DNA of 58,535 nucleotides, counting the filler, from Trichosphaerium sp. ATCC 40318 (lineage: Eukaryota; Protista; Tubulinea): the NCBI GenBank assembly GCA_038496445.1. It is 2 parts of 2 records of this genome, joined end to end, with 100 filler letters (N's around TTAATTAATTAA, not from the genome) between each part and the next. Parts side by side here need not be neighbours in the genome. Positions count along the whole stretch, not along the records: positions 28,908 to 58,535 come from JALMLS010000394.1; 1 more part is not named here. One strand, 5' to 3'. Both the position numbers and the translations under genes were made by a program. This document shows, piece by piece, positions 48,701 to 58,535 of the stretch. Under the pieces are notes generated by a model. The model saw only the letters and a list, made by a program, of their open reading frames with translations, ran no database searches and had not been told where the DNA came from. How positions within the stretch are numbered: position 1 is the stretch's first letter; every line of letters starts with the position of its first letter.

Positions 48701-49485
48701 TAGTGGGATTTATATCCAAAATCCCGTTTTCATTTTACCACTGTTATGCCCTAATTTGAAGGCATAATTCCTTAAAATATGCAAGCAAAACCATTGCAAT
48801 CTTGTGTACCAAATGCAAGCATTTTTCATCAAATATAAGGCATTTTTGGAGCAAAAAATAAGGCATTGCCCTGTATTTGCCTTTTTGAATGAGGCAAAAA
48901 CTAGGCATTTTTGTAAAAAATAAGGCATTATTTGATGAAAATGCCTAAGCATTGTCCAAAAATGCCTTGTTGAGTTTCAGCCCTGTCCCTATCGTTGAAT
49001 GTTGTTATATCATTAGGTTTCCAATCGTATGTGATGATCTTGTTGTTTTGGTAGAGAGACGAGTTTGACGCATATTGTGCTGTTAGACTCTTATTATGTT
49101 CGTGACAGAGTTTTGTGTAATTTGTTAAACTTTTTTTAAATACCGGAAGAAATGATTGGTATTTTTTGAAGTCAGGAGATTGTTTTACTGTGTTCATTGA
49201 TGTGATGAAATTGAAGATAACGAAGTATTTCCATAGTGATCTCAATAGTTTTCTGATAATTTTTTTGTATTTGACTCTCGATTTTTTGGGAGAAGTTCGA
49301 ACTGACTTCCTCGCTACACTGAGTCTGAACGCTCTTGGTGTATTTGCACGATTTACCCTTATTTTTTTTGTTTTTTGTTTTTGTGTTAGGGGAGCTTGCT
49401 CCCCAACCGGCACGTTAGCCGACGGTTGCAAATCATTTTGGCCATCGACCAACGTACCGGATCTTTTCGACGTTGTCGATGGCAT
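39762..49485 (-). CDS. Retrotransposon polyprotein, 2551 aa after removing the insertion: N-terminal region, ubiquitin-like domain, APE endonuclease, RT, RNase H, C-terminal Cys/His motif
   Basis: APE: SWNIKG, IQEVH, GDWN, RIDF, DHKPI. RT: YRPICLL, DFKKAYDSV, GVRQGDVISP, YADD. RNase H: ATDGS, AELEAI, CDC, WIPSH, NNEADKLA. Deleting 46920-48985 plus TC joins TTFNDR-ENAKIRD...KIVKPKR in frame. Confidence 0.93.
46920..48985. mobile_element. CAGGG-family element, diverged subfamily, 2-bp TSD TC, inserted in the LINE ORF
   Basis: TIR CAGGGCTGAAACTCAAC...GTTGAGTTTCAGCCCTG with AGGCAT subterminal repeats. The internal segment is homologous to copies 1 and 2. Confidence 0.93.
47712..48743. mobile_element. 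1032-bp CAGT...ACTG TIR element with 2-bp TSD TT, nested in the CAGGG element; contains CCCTAA repeats
   Basis: CAGTAGTAAAATAGAAATGGGAATTTT versus reverse-complemented right end CAGTGGTAAAATGAAAACGGGATTTT. TT on both flanks. (CCCTAA)n at 48477-48542. Confidence 0.85.
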
Positions 49486-49551
49486 AGGACTTTATTTACT
49501 TTACGTCGTTGCCCAGGGTGAACTGCGTGGAAGTCGCCGGTGTGTCACCCC
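49406..49551 (-). ncRNA. HDV-like (nested double pseudoknot) self-cleaving ribozyme at the retrotransposon 5' end
   Basis: P1 GGGGUGA/UCACCCU (G1-U wobble); P3 ACU/AGU; L3 UCCACGC; P1.1 CC/GG; P4 base CGACG/CGUCG; J4/2 GGCUAA (catalytic C at 49418); P2 ACCGGCG/UGCCGGU. Confidence 0.85.
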
Positions 49552-49814
49552 AAAAAAAAAAAAAAAAAAAAAAAAAAAATAAGCTGTCTAGACTAAAATT
49601 GACTTAAATACATCTCCTCAGTCGCTTTCCTACGTATAATACAACAGGTTGCTTACAAATTTTGAGGTGAATAAAAGGTTGCAAAGAACACATGCTTCAC
49701 GCAACAATATATTGAACACGTGTCATGCTATCGATTATGTATGTGTAACATGTTAGAAGTCAATTGAATTATATTCACCTACAACCCAAATTGCTGAGTT
49801 GACTTCTTTTTGTT

Positions 49815-51826
49815 TTACACGACAAGAGTTGTTGCAATAAGTGCCTGAAGTGCTAAATATTTACTCTTATACTTGAGACACTGAGGTCGAGGACCATGAT
49901 GGTTGACTCCCTTTTGTGATCGATAACGTTAGAGATTACTTTATTAGACATACTACTTACCTTTAAATAAACAACTTTCGCATTGGGTACAATAGCGTCT
50001 TTACAAAGAACTTGAGAGCAAATGTAAGGGATAACGATTTCTAGAATCACGTGGTCAAGTACCTAATCCATCGTTCTCTTGTTTGTATCTATTCCTTAAG
50101 TACTTGTAAGAGGAACTAAATTGCTTGTCTGGGCATCCAGCGGCTGTTGTTACAAAAGACAAAACTGGCACCTTTATAGCAGCATTAGAGTGTTGATTAA
50201 AATACAAACGTACATTGTCAGGGAATGGATGTTCTTTAATAAATAGTTTTCTAAAGAAATATTTAGCAGCCGTCTCTGTGTTCTGTTATTTACGTACCTG
50301 TCCGTGATGGATAACTGTTTCATAGCAATTGGATCACATTTCATCACTCTCTTTAGCATAACCTATAGACTAATGGGATTCTAGAATAGTGCTCAGTTAC
50401 ATACATTTACTATTGCTGTTGATGCTCTTCTTTTGTGTACTGATTCTGCCTTTATTTCATTAAATGTTAGTATTAGAACAAGTACAGAAACGTACCATAT
50501 GAGAGCCATGATAAGGCGTTGATAACGTTATAACACCTCTTATTAATTTGTGTATATCAGGAAATAACGCAACAGCAGCAGTAATGTCAATACCACCTGA
50601 AGTTTCGTTTAGGTTTAAAATTAACAAAAAAAGGAGTACCTTTGCTGTGTCCAACAAGGAGCGTCTTCTTTTGTTTCTCTTTAAACAAAGATTTAATAAA
50701 CGTAGCAATAATAGCTGCGTTAACTTCTACTTGTCCATCTGGAAGTACATCTATGATACACGCATGTGGACATCCGTCTTTCATTAATTGTTCCATTCGT
50801 TTTAATGTATTCTAACTCGAATGTTAGTTCTCGTTCTCCGAAGCTATTTGAACAGTTACATTCTTATTTCCAGCTCCTGGTAATTTTCCACTGAATAAAC
50901 CTGGAACATAGCATATTATAGTATCAGATACACCTTCAATACTTCGAAAAAGATTATTCTCTTCGTCTTTCTCAAAAAGATTCAAATACTCTTCGAAGAT
51001 AACTGTCATATCATTATCAAACGCTAACTCTATTGTTTTTGGCTCAGAAGAGAATACTATATTGAAAAAAGCAATATTAAGTTTAACCCACGAGTGAAGT
51101 ACACGTACATAGTTTGTTTCCGCTTGCATTGTAAGAGTCTGTTTCAAAAGTGAAGCTCAATAACACTTGTATCGATACTTGCTTCCCAAAGTCTCCGCAA
51201 ATTGTGAAAGGAAACCATACTTGTTCTTTTTCAATCATCTACAAATACGCACTGTGAGAGACTCAATTTTTTGAAGAGAGCAAAAAAAAAAACTGGTTCT
51301 GTGAATACAGCGCAATGTGTCAAGTGTCACCTTGCAATCCTCAACTGAAATGATCATTTTTCCAACATGTAAAGCCTCTGTTGCATCAAACAATAGAATA
51401 TATAGGTCTAGCTGTAAACTGTCATGATCGTCATACATCTGAAATTGATGAACAGAATTCCATCTAATACACGTGAATATCAGTGCGAAAAAAGTTTTCG
51501 GTACATTGGGACTTTTGTGGGTTTGGAAATGTGTGTAGATAATTGTTTGCGCCCTGTTTTGGTGGTATATGCCAATTCTATGTATGTTTGAGGTAGTTCT
51601 ACGTATATTATTAGCGTTCATTAAAATACCATCATATTACGTCATAAATCGTATTAGAGGTCATAGTACGCTTACTTTTGTTCTTTGTGTGATTAAAAAG
51701 CTCGTCAGTTAGTTTATTCGTCCGAAGCACTTGCATTTAGACGTGAGAAGCTGAAGTCATTACTTACGTACCTTTGAGAGATACTCTAGTGCTTTTTCGT
51801 TCTTTCTCTGTAATAGAATCATCCAT
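49815..51826 (-). CDS. Alpha/beta-hydrolase (lipase-like, GHSKG), possibly with N-terminal C2-like region (multi-exon)
   Basis: YVPGLF (oxyanion region), LLVGHSKG|GID (nucleophile elbow), LSTPYHGS, NDGL|V and NH. Confidence 0.8.
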
Positions 51827-52006
51827 GCGGCATACGCTTGCGTTATTTAATGTACAACCTGTATTTTACGGAAACTACAAAAACGTTACTAAGTTAGCGA
51901 GTTTTACAACGTTAAGCGATTCTCAGTGACGCAATTAAAGCAACAATTAGTAATGCACAGCTACTAAGAAGTAGGCTACTAACTATTTAACCGGTTAAAT
52001 AATTTA

Positions 52007-54383
52007 ATGACCACTCCGCCACCTACAAAGAAGCGCAAACGCTCTAGAAATGTTGCTTGTAACATATGCAGAACGCGGCACGAGAAATGTGACGGAAGTA
52101 AGTGCACATTATGATTTTATTATTTTTCCGGACAACAACGCCTGATTCCTATTAGACAAGCCATGTGGATACTGTGTACGGACTAAAAACGATTGTGTAT
52201 ACCCAGCGCCAAAAAAACGCGGTCCAAAGCCAGGTATGCAACTGATTAGTACTTTTTGAATATCCTCACTGGTCGCTAAGGTTATAGAAAGGCGTACGCC
52301 GAAAAAATAGCTGAATTAGAAAAACTGGTAGCAGAGCAAAAACAACAAATATACACCCTCACAACCGCACAAAATCTACGATCTATAACCCCAGCTTATC
52401 CACCAGTATTGTCACTATCGTCAACACGCACTGATGTAGGATTGGTTCGTGTTTTAAAACGCCCACGTGGCTTTTTCCAAAAAAAACCAAAGTTACTTTT
52501 ACTGATTTCAGTTCATAGCTCAATCTGAGTGTGGTTAAAAGATATGCTCAGCAATTCCATACAGCGCCTCTAGCTGCGTTCTTGCCAACAAAAATGTTAT
52601 GTGTACCAGACACATCAAACAACCAACGCAAGGATATGGAAATATCTTAGTATTAATGAAGTTTTAGTTACTCCCGAGTTATTCCAAATGTATGGTCTTG
52701 CAGCGTTTGGTGCACAGATAGAAGGGAAACAAGCACACTATGAACAGTTATTAGACATGTCTCGTAGCTCAAGTTGCCACCTGAGCACCACTCTCAGCGG
52801 CAATACCGTAGGTAAACAACAGCGTTTAAATTATCTTAACTTTTTTTTTTTGCACAGCTGGTAATGTCATTTTGAGCACATTGTTATTCTTCAAAGCAGA
52901 CTTTAGAAGTTCTAAACATTATTCCGAACTAGCCATGAAACAATCATCTGATCTCATAGGGTTAGGACCTGGTACTACAATGCTCTTATCACAGTTTGCG
53001 AGTACTTTCGGCTCATTTTTTATTTCAGATTCACTAGATGCTAGACTTCTTCATGCTCAAGTAAAAATGCATCGTGTTAAATTTGAAACCCCTGATGAAG
53101 CTATAAAAGTATTAAGAAGCCTGGTTTGCGAGTTATTAGAAAATGCCAGTACAAGCGGCCAGTTTAGACAAATCTTCATTTTTTCTTTGCTTCATCAAGT
53201 CCAACTTGTTGTACGTCATTTTTATTATACTCTCTAGAATTCATAATCACGTTTAGTGCGATGAAACATTTGAGAAAGATGAGTGCCTAGACATGGTATC
53301 ACGACAGACATGCTTGGTACATCATGTTGGTATTCAACCTTCTGACTTTATTGTTTTGTTTAGATGGCTGTTGACAGAGCACAACAAATCATTCAGGAGA
53401 TGTCAAAAGAAGATCCTTTTAATATTAACTTGGTTCGCATACTACGGCCATTATCGAGAGGTGTTAGAGCTACTTTATCATTGGCATGTGGAAATCCAAA
53501 CAAAGCAATTAAGGTAAGTTTATCAACGATTACACATCAGAGTTTTATCTCATTTTTTTCAATTAGACAGCAGAAGCGCTATTAGAACAATTATTAACAG
53601 ATGGAGCGCCAGCTTTTATGAGTCCCATAATAATTAAAACCTTAATACAAGCACGTCATAGAACATATTTAAGACGTACTTTATTAATTACTTTAGATTT
53701 TTGGTATTACGGGAAGAAAAGCGCCGTTTCAGAAAACGTTATATTATCTAAAAGAAGCAGCTACAGTGTACGTTTACCTGTCGCAGTCGTTCGTTGTATT
53801 TGATACCGTATCATCCTAAAGCCATAGTAGGTTTCCGCTTGCTAATGCTCTTTTTGAGGTAAGTCAATTTGTTTTTTCTTAAAAGTTTGCTGACTTGTAA
53901 AAAGTACATGAACGACAGTTTGGGCGGTGCCATTAGAAGTCAAGACTCAATTAACCCCACTGTTATCGATTGTTCAAATGCTTTCGTTAGAATTGGTTTA
54001 GACAAAGAACATGAGCCTTGTCTTCAGATACGGCATGAGCACTTGACTCTTCCAAGTACCTGAAACCAAAAACTGTGTTTGTAGCTAACTACAGTACAGG
54101 TATTATAGAATATGTGCAATCAAAGCAAGACCGGCTCAATGACTTGAATAAAAACAAACTGACGTTTCCAAGCAGTCCACAAACCTACTCTCCTGACAAT
54201 ACACATGATACTTGCGATGAAGAAGACTTTGCTGCTCTTAATATGGACATGGCAATGTCAGATCTTTCTCTTCCAACTGAGACATCTGCGCTATTTGATG
54301 TGCGTACAAAGTAATTGTTATGCAGAGTACCTAAAAGCAATATTTAGATGTCTCTGAACACTAGTGATGACTGGGCGTTATAA
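52007..54383 (+). CDS. Zn(II)2Cys6 binuclear-cluster transcription factor (multi-exon)
   Basis: ACNICRTRHEKCDG|NKPCGYCVRTKNDCVYPAPKKRGPKP followed by a coiled coil. Confidence 0.88.
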
Positions 54384-54739
54384 ATTTTGTGGAGGATGTA
54401 ATAAGGTAGTTACTAGTTCTTTCCTTATTCTTTAACGGTGTAAATAAAAACCTTGCAGTATTTGAGTGGGTAATTTAGGGATAATTGCGGTTCATCAAAT
54501 AGAGGCCTATGTACAGTTCTAGTACCACACGCGTTAAGGTTATAATAGTACAAACATTATTCCTTTTGGAGAAAGCAAAAAAGTCACGTGGCTGTTTTTC
54601 TGAATACATTTATTTACCCCGGTCACAAAGTGTTATTTAAAGCAGTATCTAATGTGTTGTTTGTCCTAAAGTACCATAAACTATTTTCGTAAGTATTGAA
54701 TTTACTTTCTATTTAAGTTTACTTTACTAACAAACCGCC

Positions 54740-57700
54740 ATGCGGCAAACAACAGCTCGAAGTGGTATTATTTTATTTACGTGGTTCACGTGTATATTAC
54801 TATCAAAAACGCAAGCTGTACAAGGAACCACAGACGAAATCGTAGTTGCGTTAACCGTATCAGCTCAAGCGGAGAATCCTAGAACGGTACTTGTAACGGT
54901 TTGGTAGCGTTGGATGAAAACCGACCAAAGAAACAAAAAAATCTCCACTTCTCTATGTTCCCGTTTTCTTGTATTGTACCAACGGCCTAAGAGCGAAATT
55001 TTGGTTCTCCTCTATCGATAACATGGTTTAATATAATTCTTAGCGTATTTTAAGCAGAGCTCAATTGGAAGGTATCAAATTTTGGGCGGAGTGGGCGACT
55101 AATACCTCAGCAATCACTACAGATAAAAAAGATTATTACAAAGTATTTAAAGTCCGAAAATAAGACAATTTCTCTGACGTTTTGACAGGTAAGGGTTGAA
55201 TACAAAGAAGACTTTGGTTCACCAGAAAATGCAACGGAAATATATCATACCTGGGCTACGCAGAACCCAGACTGGTTTTTGATTGGCACGTGATTTGACG
55301 AAAAAAACGTTTACTTGTTCACTTTTTTGGGTTTTTTTGTTTGAAAGAAAGACACGTTTTCGTCTTCGGGGTCTACTAACGACTACTTATAGGTCCTTAT
55401 TCATCAGATTTAAGCGTACCTGTATCCACGAACCTTACAAATAAATTACTTGTTGGTGTTACGGTTGGTGCCGAAGGTTTTTATCTTGATAAAGAAGCTT
55501 CGTTTTCTGTCACACCAGCAAGCGTTAGGTAGCGAAAAATGACGATTATGACGTGACGTAACAATATTGTTCTAGAGCTTTTACAGTTGCTTTGCGGTTT
55601 TATCGTACTCATGGTGTGAAGACTGTTTCTAAGATAGTATTCGATACGGGATACAGCAGGTCGGCATGTGGCGATGCGTTTGATCTACAGGTCACTTAAT
55701 ATTCACGTAATGGTTTCTGACTAGCTCCCTTTAATAGGCTGAGGCGAGTGGTATAAAACCGTATAACTACCACGCTCTTGAAGTAAACACTATAACGCCT
55801 GAGGCACAAGCAAACTGGACAGCTCTTATTGAGGTACTGTCGTGTGAAAACATCAATAATAACGAACACACGCTATAGAACGTCATTGAACGAAATGCTG
55901 ATGGATTAGTTGTTTGTGATACGCCGCCACAAGTTGGGTTTATGTACGTTGACAAAATCTATTAATATCAAAATCACGTGATTATGTTTCAGGTTTATGC
56001 TCAAAGAAATGCAAAAGAAAAACTGGACACCGAAAGTAATAACTACAGCGCCAATGTCAAACGAATGGAATAACGTTGATGCTGAGTTACGAGAATTTAT
56101 AACCGGCTCTGGGTTGGTAAGGAAACTATCTTTTGCACTTGATAAAAACCATATTTATCTGAGAGTTTTCTGTTTAGGTCAGCAGAAACTCACGTCAAAC
56201 AGATGCGTTTTTTGGAAGTACAAACGACTTTTACAAAGCGTTTGAGAACTATGTTGGTAATGATTCCCTTTCTAATGATATGGCTGGTTTAGCCACAGCT
56301 GCAGGTTTACTTTTACAAGAGTCTATAAATGCAAGTGTTCGTATAACGTAGTCGCCATAAATGACATTTCACGTAGAAAGCAAACTCGTTAGATCAAATA
56401 AAGGTAGCGAACGAAATGAAAAGGATTAATTTAGATACTTTCCTAGGCAAGGTACGACTTTTACGTCCAAAACACAATTACATAATAGGCTTACAATCTT
56501 TCTTTGTATTCCGTCTTACACTCTACTAGCTTTCGTTTAACGTACATAATGAACAAATGCTTGAAGGACCTTTTATTCAATACACAAATACGAGCGACGA
56601 AGCAGTTGGTACACGCCTTTTCATAGAGTGTTATTGCTATCACAATGTACTTACTCTCTATAAGTTGTCGGACCTCTGTTGAATGCATTAGCAACCTTTA
56701 TTTACCCAATGCCTACATGGGAAGAGCGTATTTTTGACACGTCCTTTGGTAACTACATTTCCGAGTGGATTATACTCTCCTGTGTGTTGATATGTGTTAT
56801 AATATCTTTATCTTTTGGTGCCTTTATTCTATTCAATATTAACACTAAGGTTATCGTTGGTGCATGTAAGAGTTCTCATCATTCTTTTGACTGATCACTA
56901 AACTGGTTTTTTGATGTTAGCTCCTGTCTTTTTGGCTGGCATTATCATTGGCAGTCTAATGATTTATGGAGGTGTTCTTTGCCTAACCCCTGATAATATG
57001 ACTACTCTAAGATGTCATCTAAGACTATGGCTTGTATTTGTTGGCACGAGTGTGCTTTTTGGGTAATTACTTAATCCAACTTAACTTACTTTTTGTTGTT
57101 CTAACAGTTTTACAAAGGTGCTTATTTGCGAAGACATGGCGTGTTTATAAGATTCATAAAAGTGCAAAGAAGCTAGAATCTGTATCTATTTCTAATATTC
57201 GTGTGGCATTGTTCGCTGGAAGCTTTGCTATTGGACAAATTGTATTAGTTTTATCACAATATCTGACTTCTCCGTTAATATTTTTTTTTAGGTTCTCTCC
57301 CTTGTCTACAGTTTGACACTCGATGAGTCTGAGCTTGTGCAACCAGATCCTTACAGGAGATCTCAAGATTATTACAAATGTGGAGAGAATACAGTAACAG
57401 CTGTTGTTTCACTTGTACAGTCTATCATATTGGTACACCAATTGCTTCACTCGTGTACTTCTTTTTTGACAAACATGTTTTCATAGGTGATATTGCTTCT
57501 TGTTGGTGCTTATTTAGGGTTTCGAGTGCGAGGTGTTAACCTTAAAGTCTTTAATGAATCAAAGGTAATTAAGCCGCATTGATTATCACGTGGGAAAAAG
57601 TTAATTTTCTATGTTTTTACAGGTAATCGGACTCGCAACGTATAATATGACCTTCTTCTTTTTGTTCACACTCATCATCTCAATAACAATTGTCGATGGA

Positions 57701-58131
57701 AACGCTAGAGAAGCAGAGTATATTGTTGTATCTCTATGCATTTTACTTAGTGCAGGTACTAATATATTCTAAAACATGGCTTAAACAAAATTTCTTAAGT
57801 CAAGGCGCGGTACCACTCAACAGACTTGTTGCCTATGCTCTTTCGGCATCTACTTTAAAAAACTTGTTTTTAAACACGTGTTGTTAACGTTTGTGTAGTT
57901 GGTGCTGTCATTTTGTTGTTTTATCAAAAAGTAAGGTTGCTGGGCACAAAGACTCTTTCATCGGATCCAGAAGTACCTTCAATTGACCATCAACTTGCTG
58001 ATATTAGTGTACATACTATGGCGACCGCTAAAAGACAAGATGCAGTTCAAAAACTTCGCGATGAAAACAAGAAACTCAGAGAACGTATTCAAGCATTAGA
58101 AGCAAAGAAAAACGTCTCTGCACGAAGCTAA
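54740..58131 (+). CDS. Class C (GABA-B/Grl-like) GPCR with periplasmic-binding-type ectodomain (multi-exon)
   Basis: Signal peptide and LIGPYSS-type ectodomain motif. TM segments include CLFAKTWRVYKIH and FNESKVIGLATYN. C-terminal coiled coil. Confidence 0.85.
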
Positions 58132-58535
58132 ATAGCAAAAGAGTCCGCACATAAACGCTTTAATTAGACATGTACTTTTAAATGAACCTTCCTTTACTTT
58201 TATAGTCTTGATCAGAGAACGAACAGAAATTATGTAAGGTGTGAAGAGCGAAAGATTTGTGTAACCATTTTGTTTCAAGGCTTCAAAGAAGCGAAGAATA
58301 GATGCTTCTAGTAAAAGTAGCTGCGGTGGTAATAACTTCTTTAAAAGATGCTTAACACTTGCTCAGACATAAATACAATAAAGGCAAAGAGAATAGCAAT
58401 TAACACAATACTATACAAAACATTTATTAAAAGTAATAGGTAAGGGTTTGAAATCACGAAAATTCCTTCATTAAGCTGCCAATTGTGAATCTTCGAAATC
58501 AAACACTGAAAGCAATCCAGTGCTACTCATTTCAA

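Larger units (their letters stand above)
39665..49551 (-). mobile_element. Full-length non-LTR retrotransposon (APE-RT-RNaseH) with 13-bp TSD AAAAATAAGCTGT
   Basis: TSD at 39652-39664 and 49575-49587. The 3' tail is CAACAAC-TTAC-TT rather than poly(A). An A28 run sits at the 5' junction. A nested DNA transposon occupies 46920-48985. Confidence 0.93.

Noticed and set aside
48928-49485. Apparent separate ORF1 of the LINE
   Set aside because: Its stop lies inside the inserted transposon; removing the insert fuses it in frame with the long ORF.

Overview
AT-rich eukaryotic DNA with many short GT-AG introns, probably from an amoeba-like protist (inferred from the Zn2Cys6 factor, class-C GPCR and many F-box genes). 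Host genes are interleaved with heavily nested mobile DNA. (1) A full-length non-LTR retrotransposon lies at 39665-49551 (-) with a 13-bp TSD. Removing a nested DNA transposon restores one 2551-aa ORF. The element has an HDV-like ribozyme fold at its exact 5' end and a ubiquitin-like domain ending in LKGG directly before the APE-RT-RNaseH module, which suggests a polyprotein cut by host deubiquitinases. (2) A MULE-like element with a 9-bp TSD (20185-26046) has one gene of its own, an intact spliced His-Cys box (I-PpoI-like) endonuclease. Nested in it are a MITE and a DD38E IS630/Tc1 transposon carrying a GRF zinc-finger cargo gene. (3) A family of CAG...CTG elements with 2-3-bp TSDs carries a conserved spliced mini-unit. 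(4) An ankyrin-PARP-coiled-coil gene is built from 13 tandem one-repeat-per-exon units and is disrupted by a MITE. (5) An inverted duplication of a secreted-protein gene sits at the window start. All gene models and domain calls were made by eye, without database searches.
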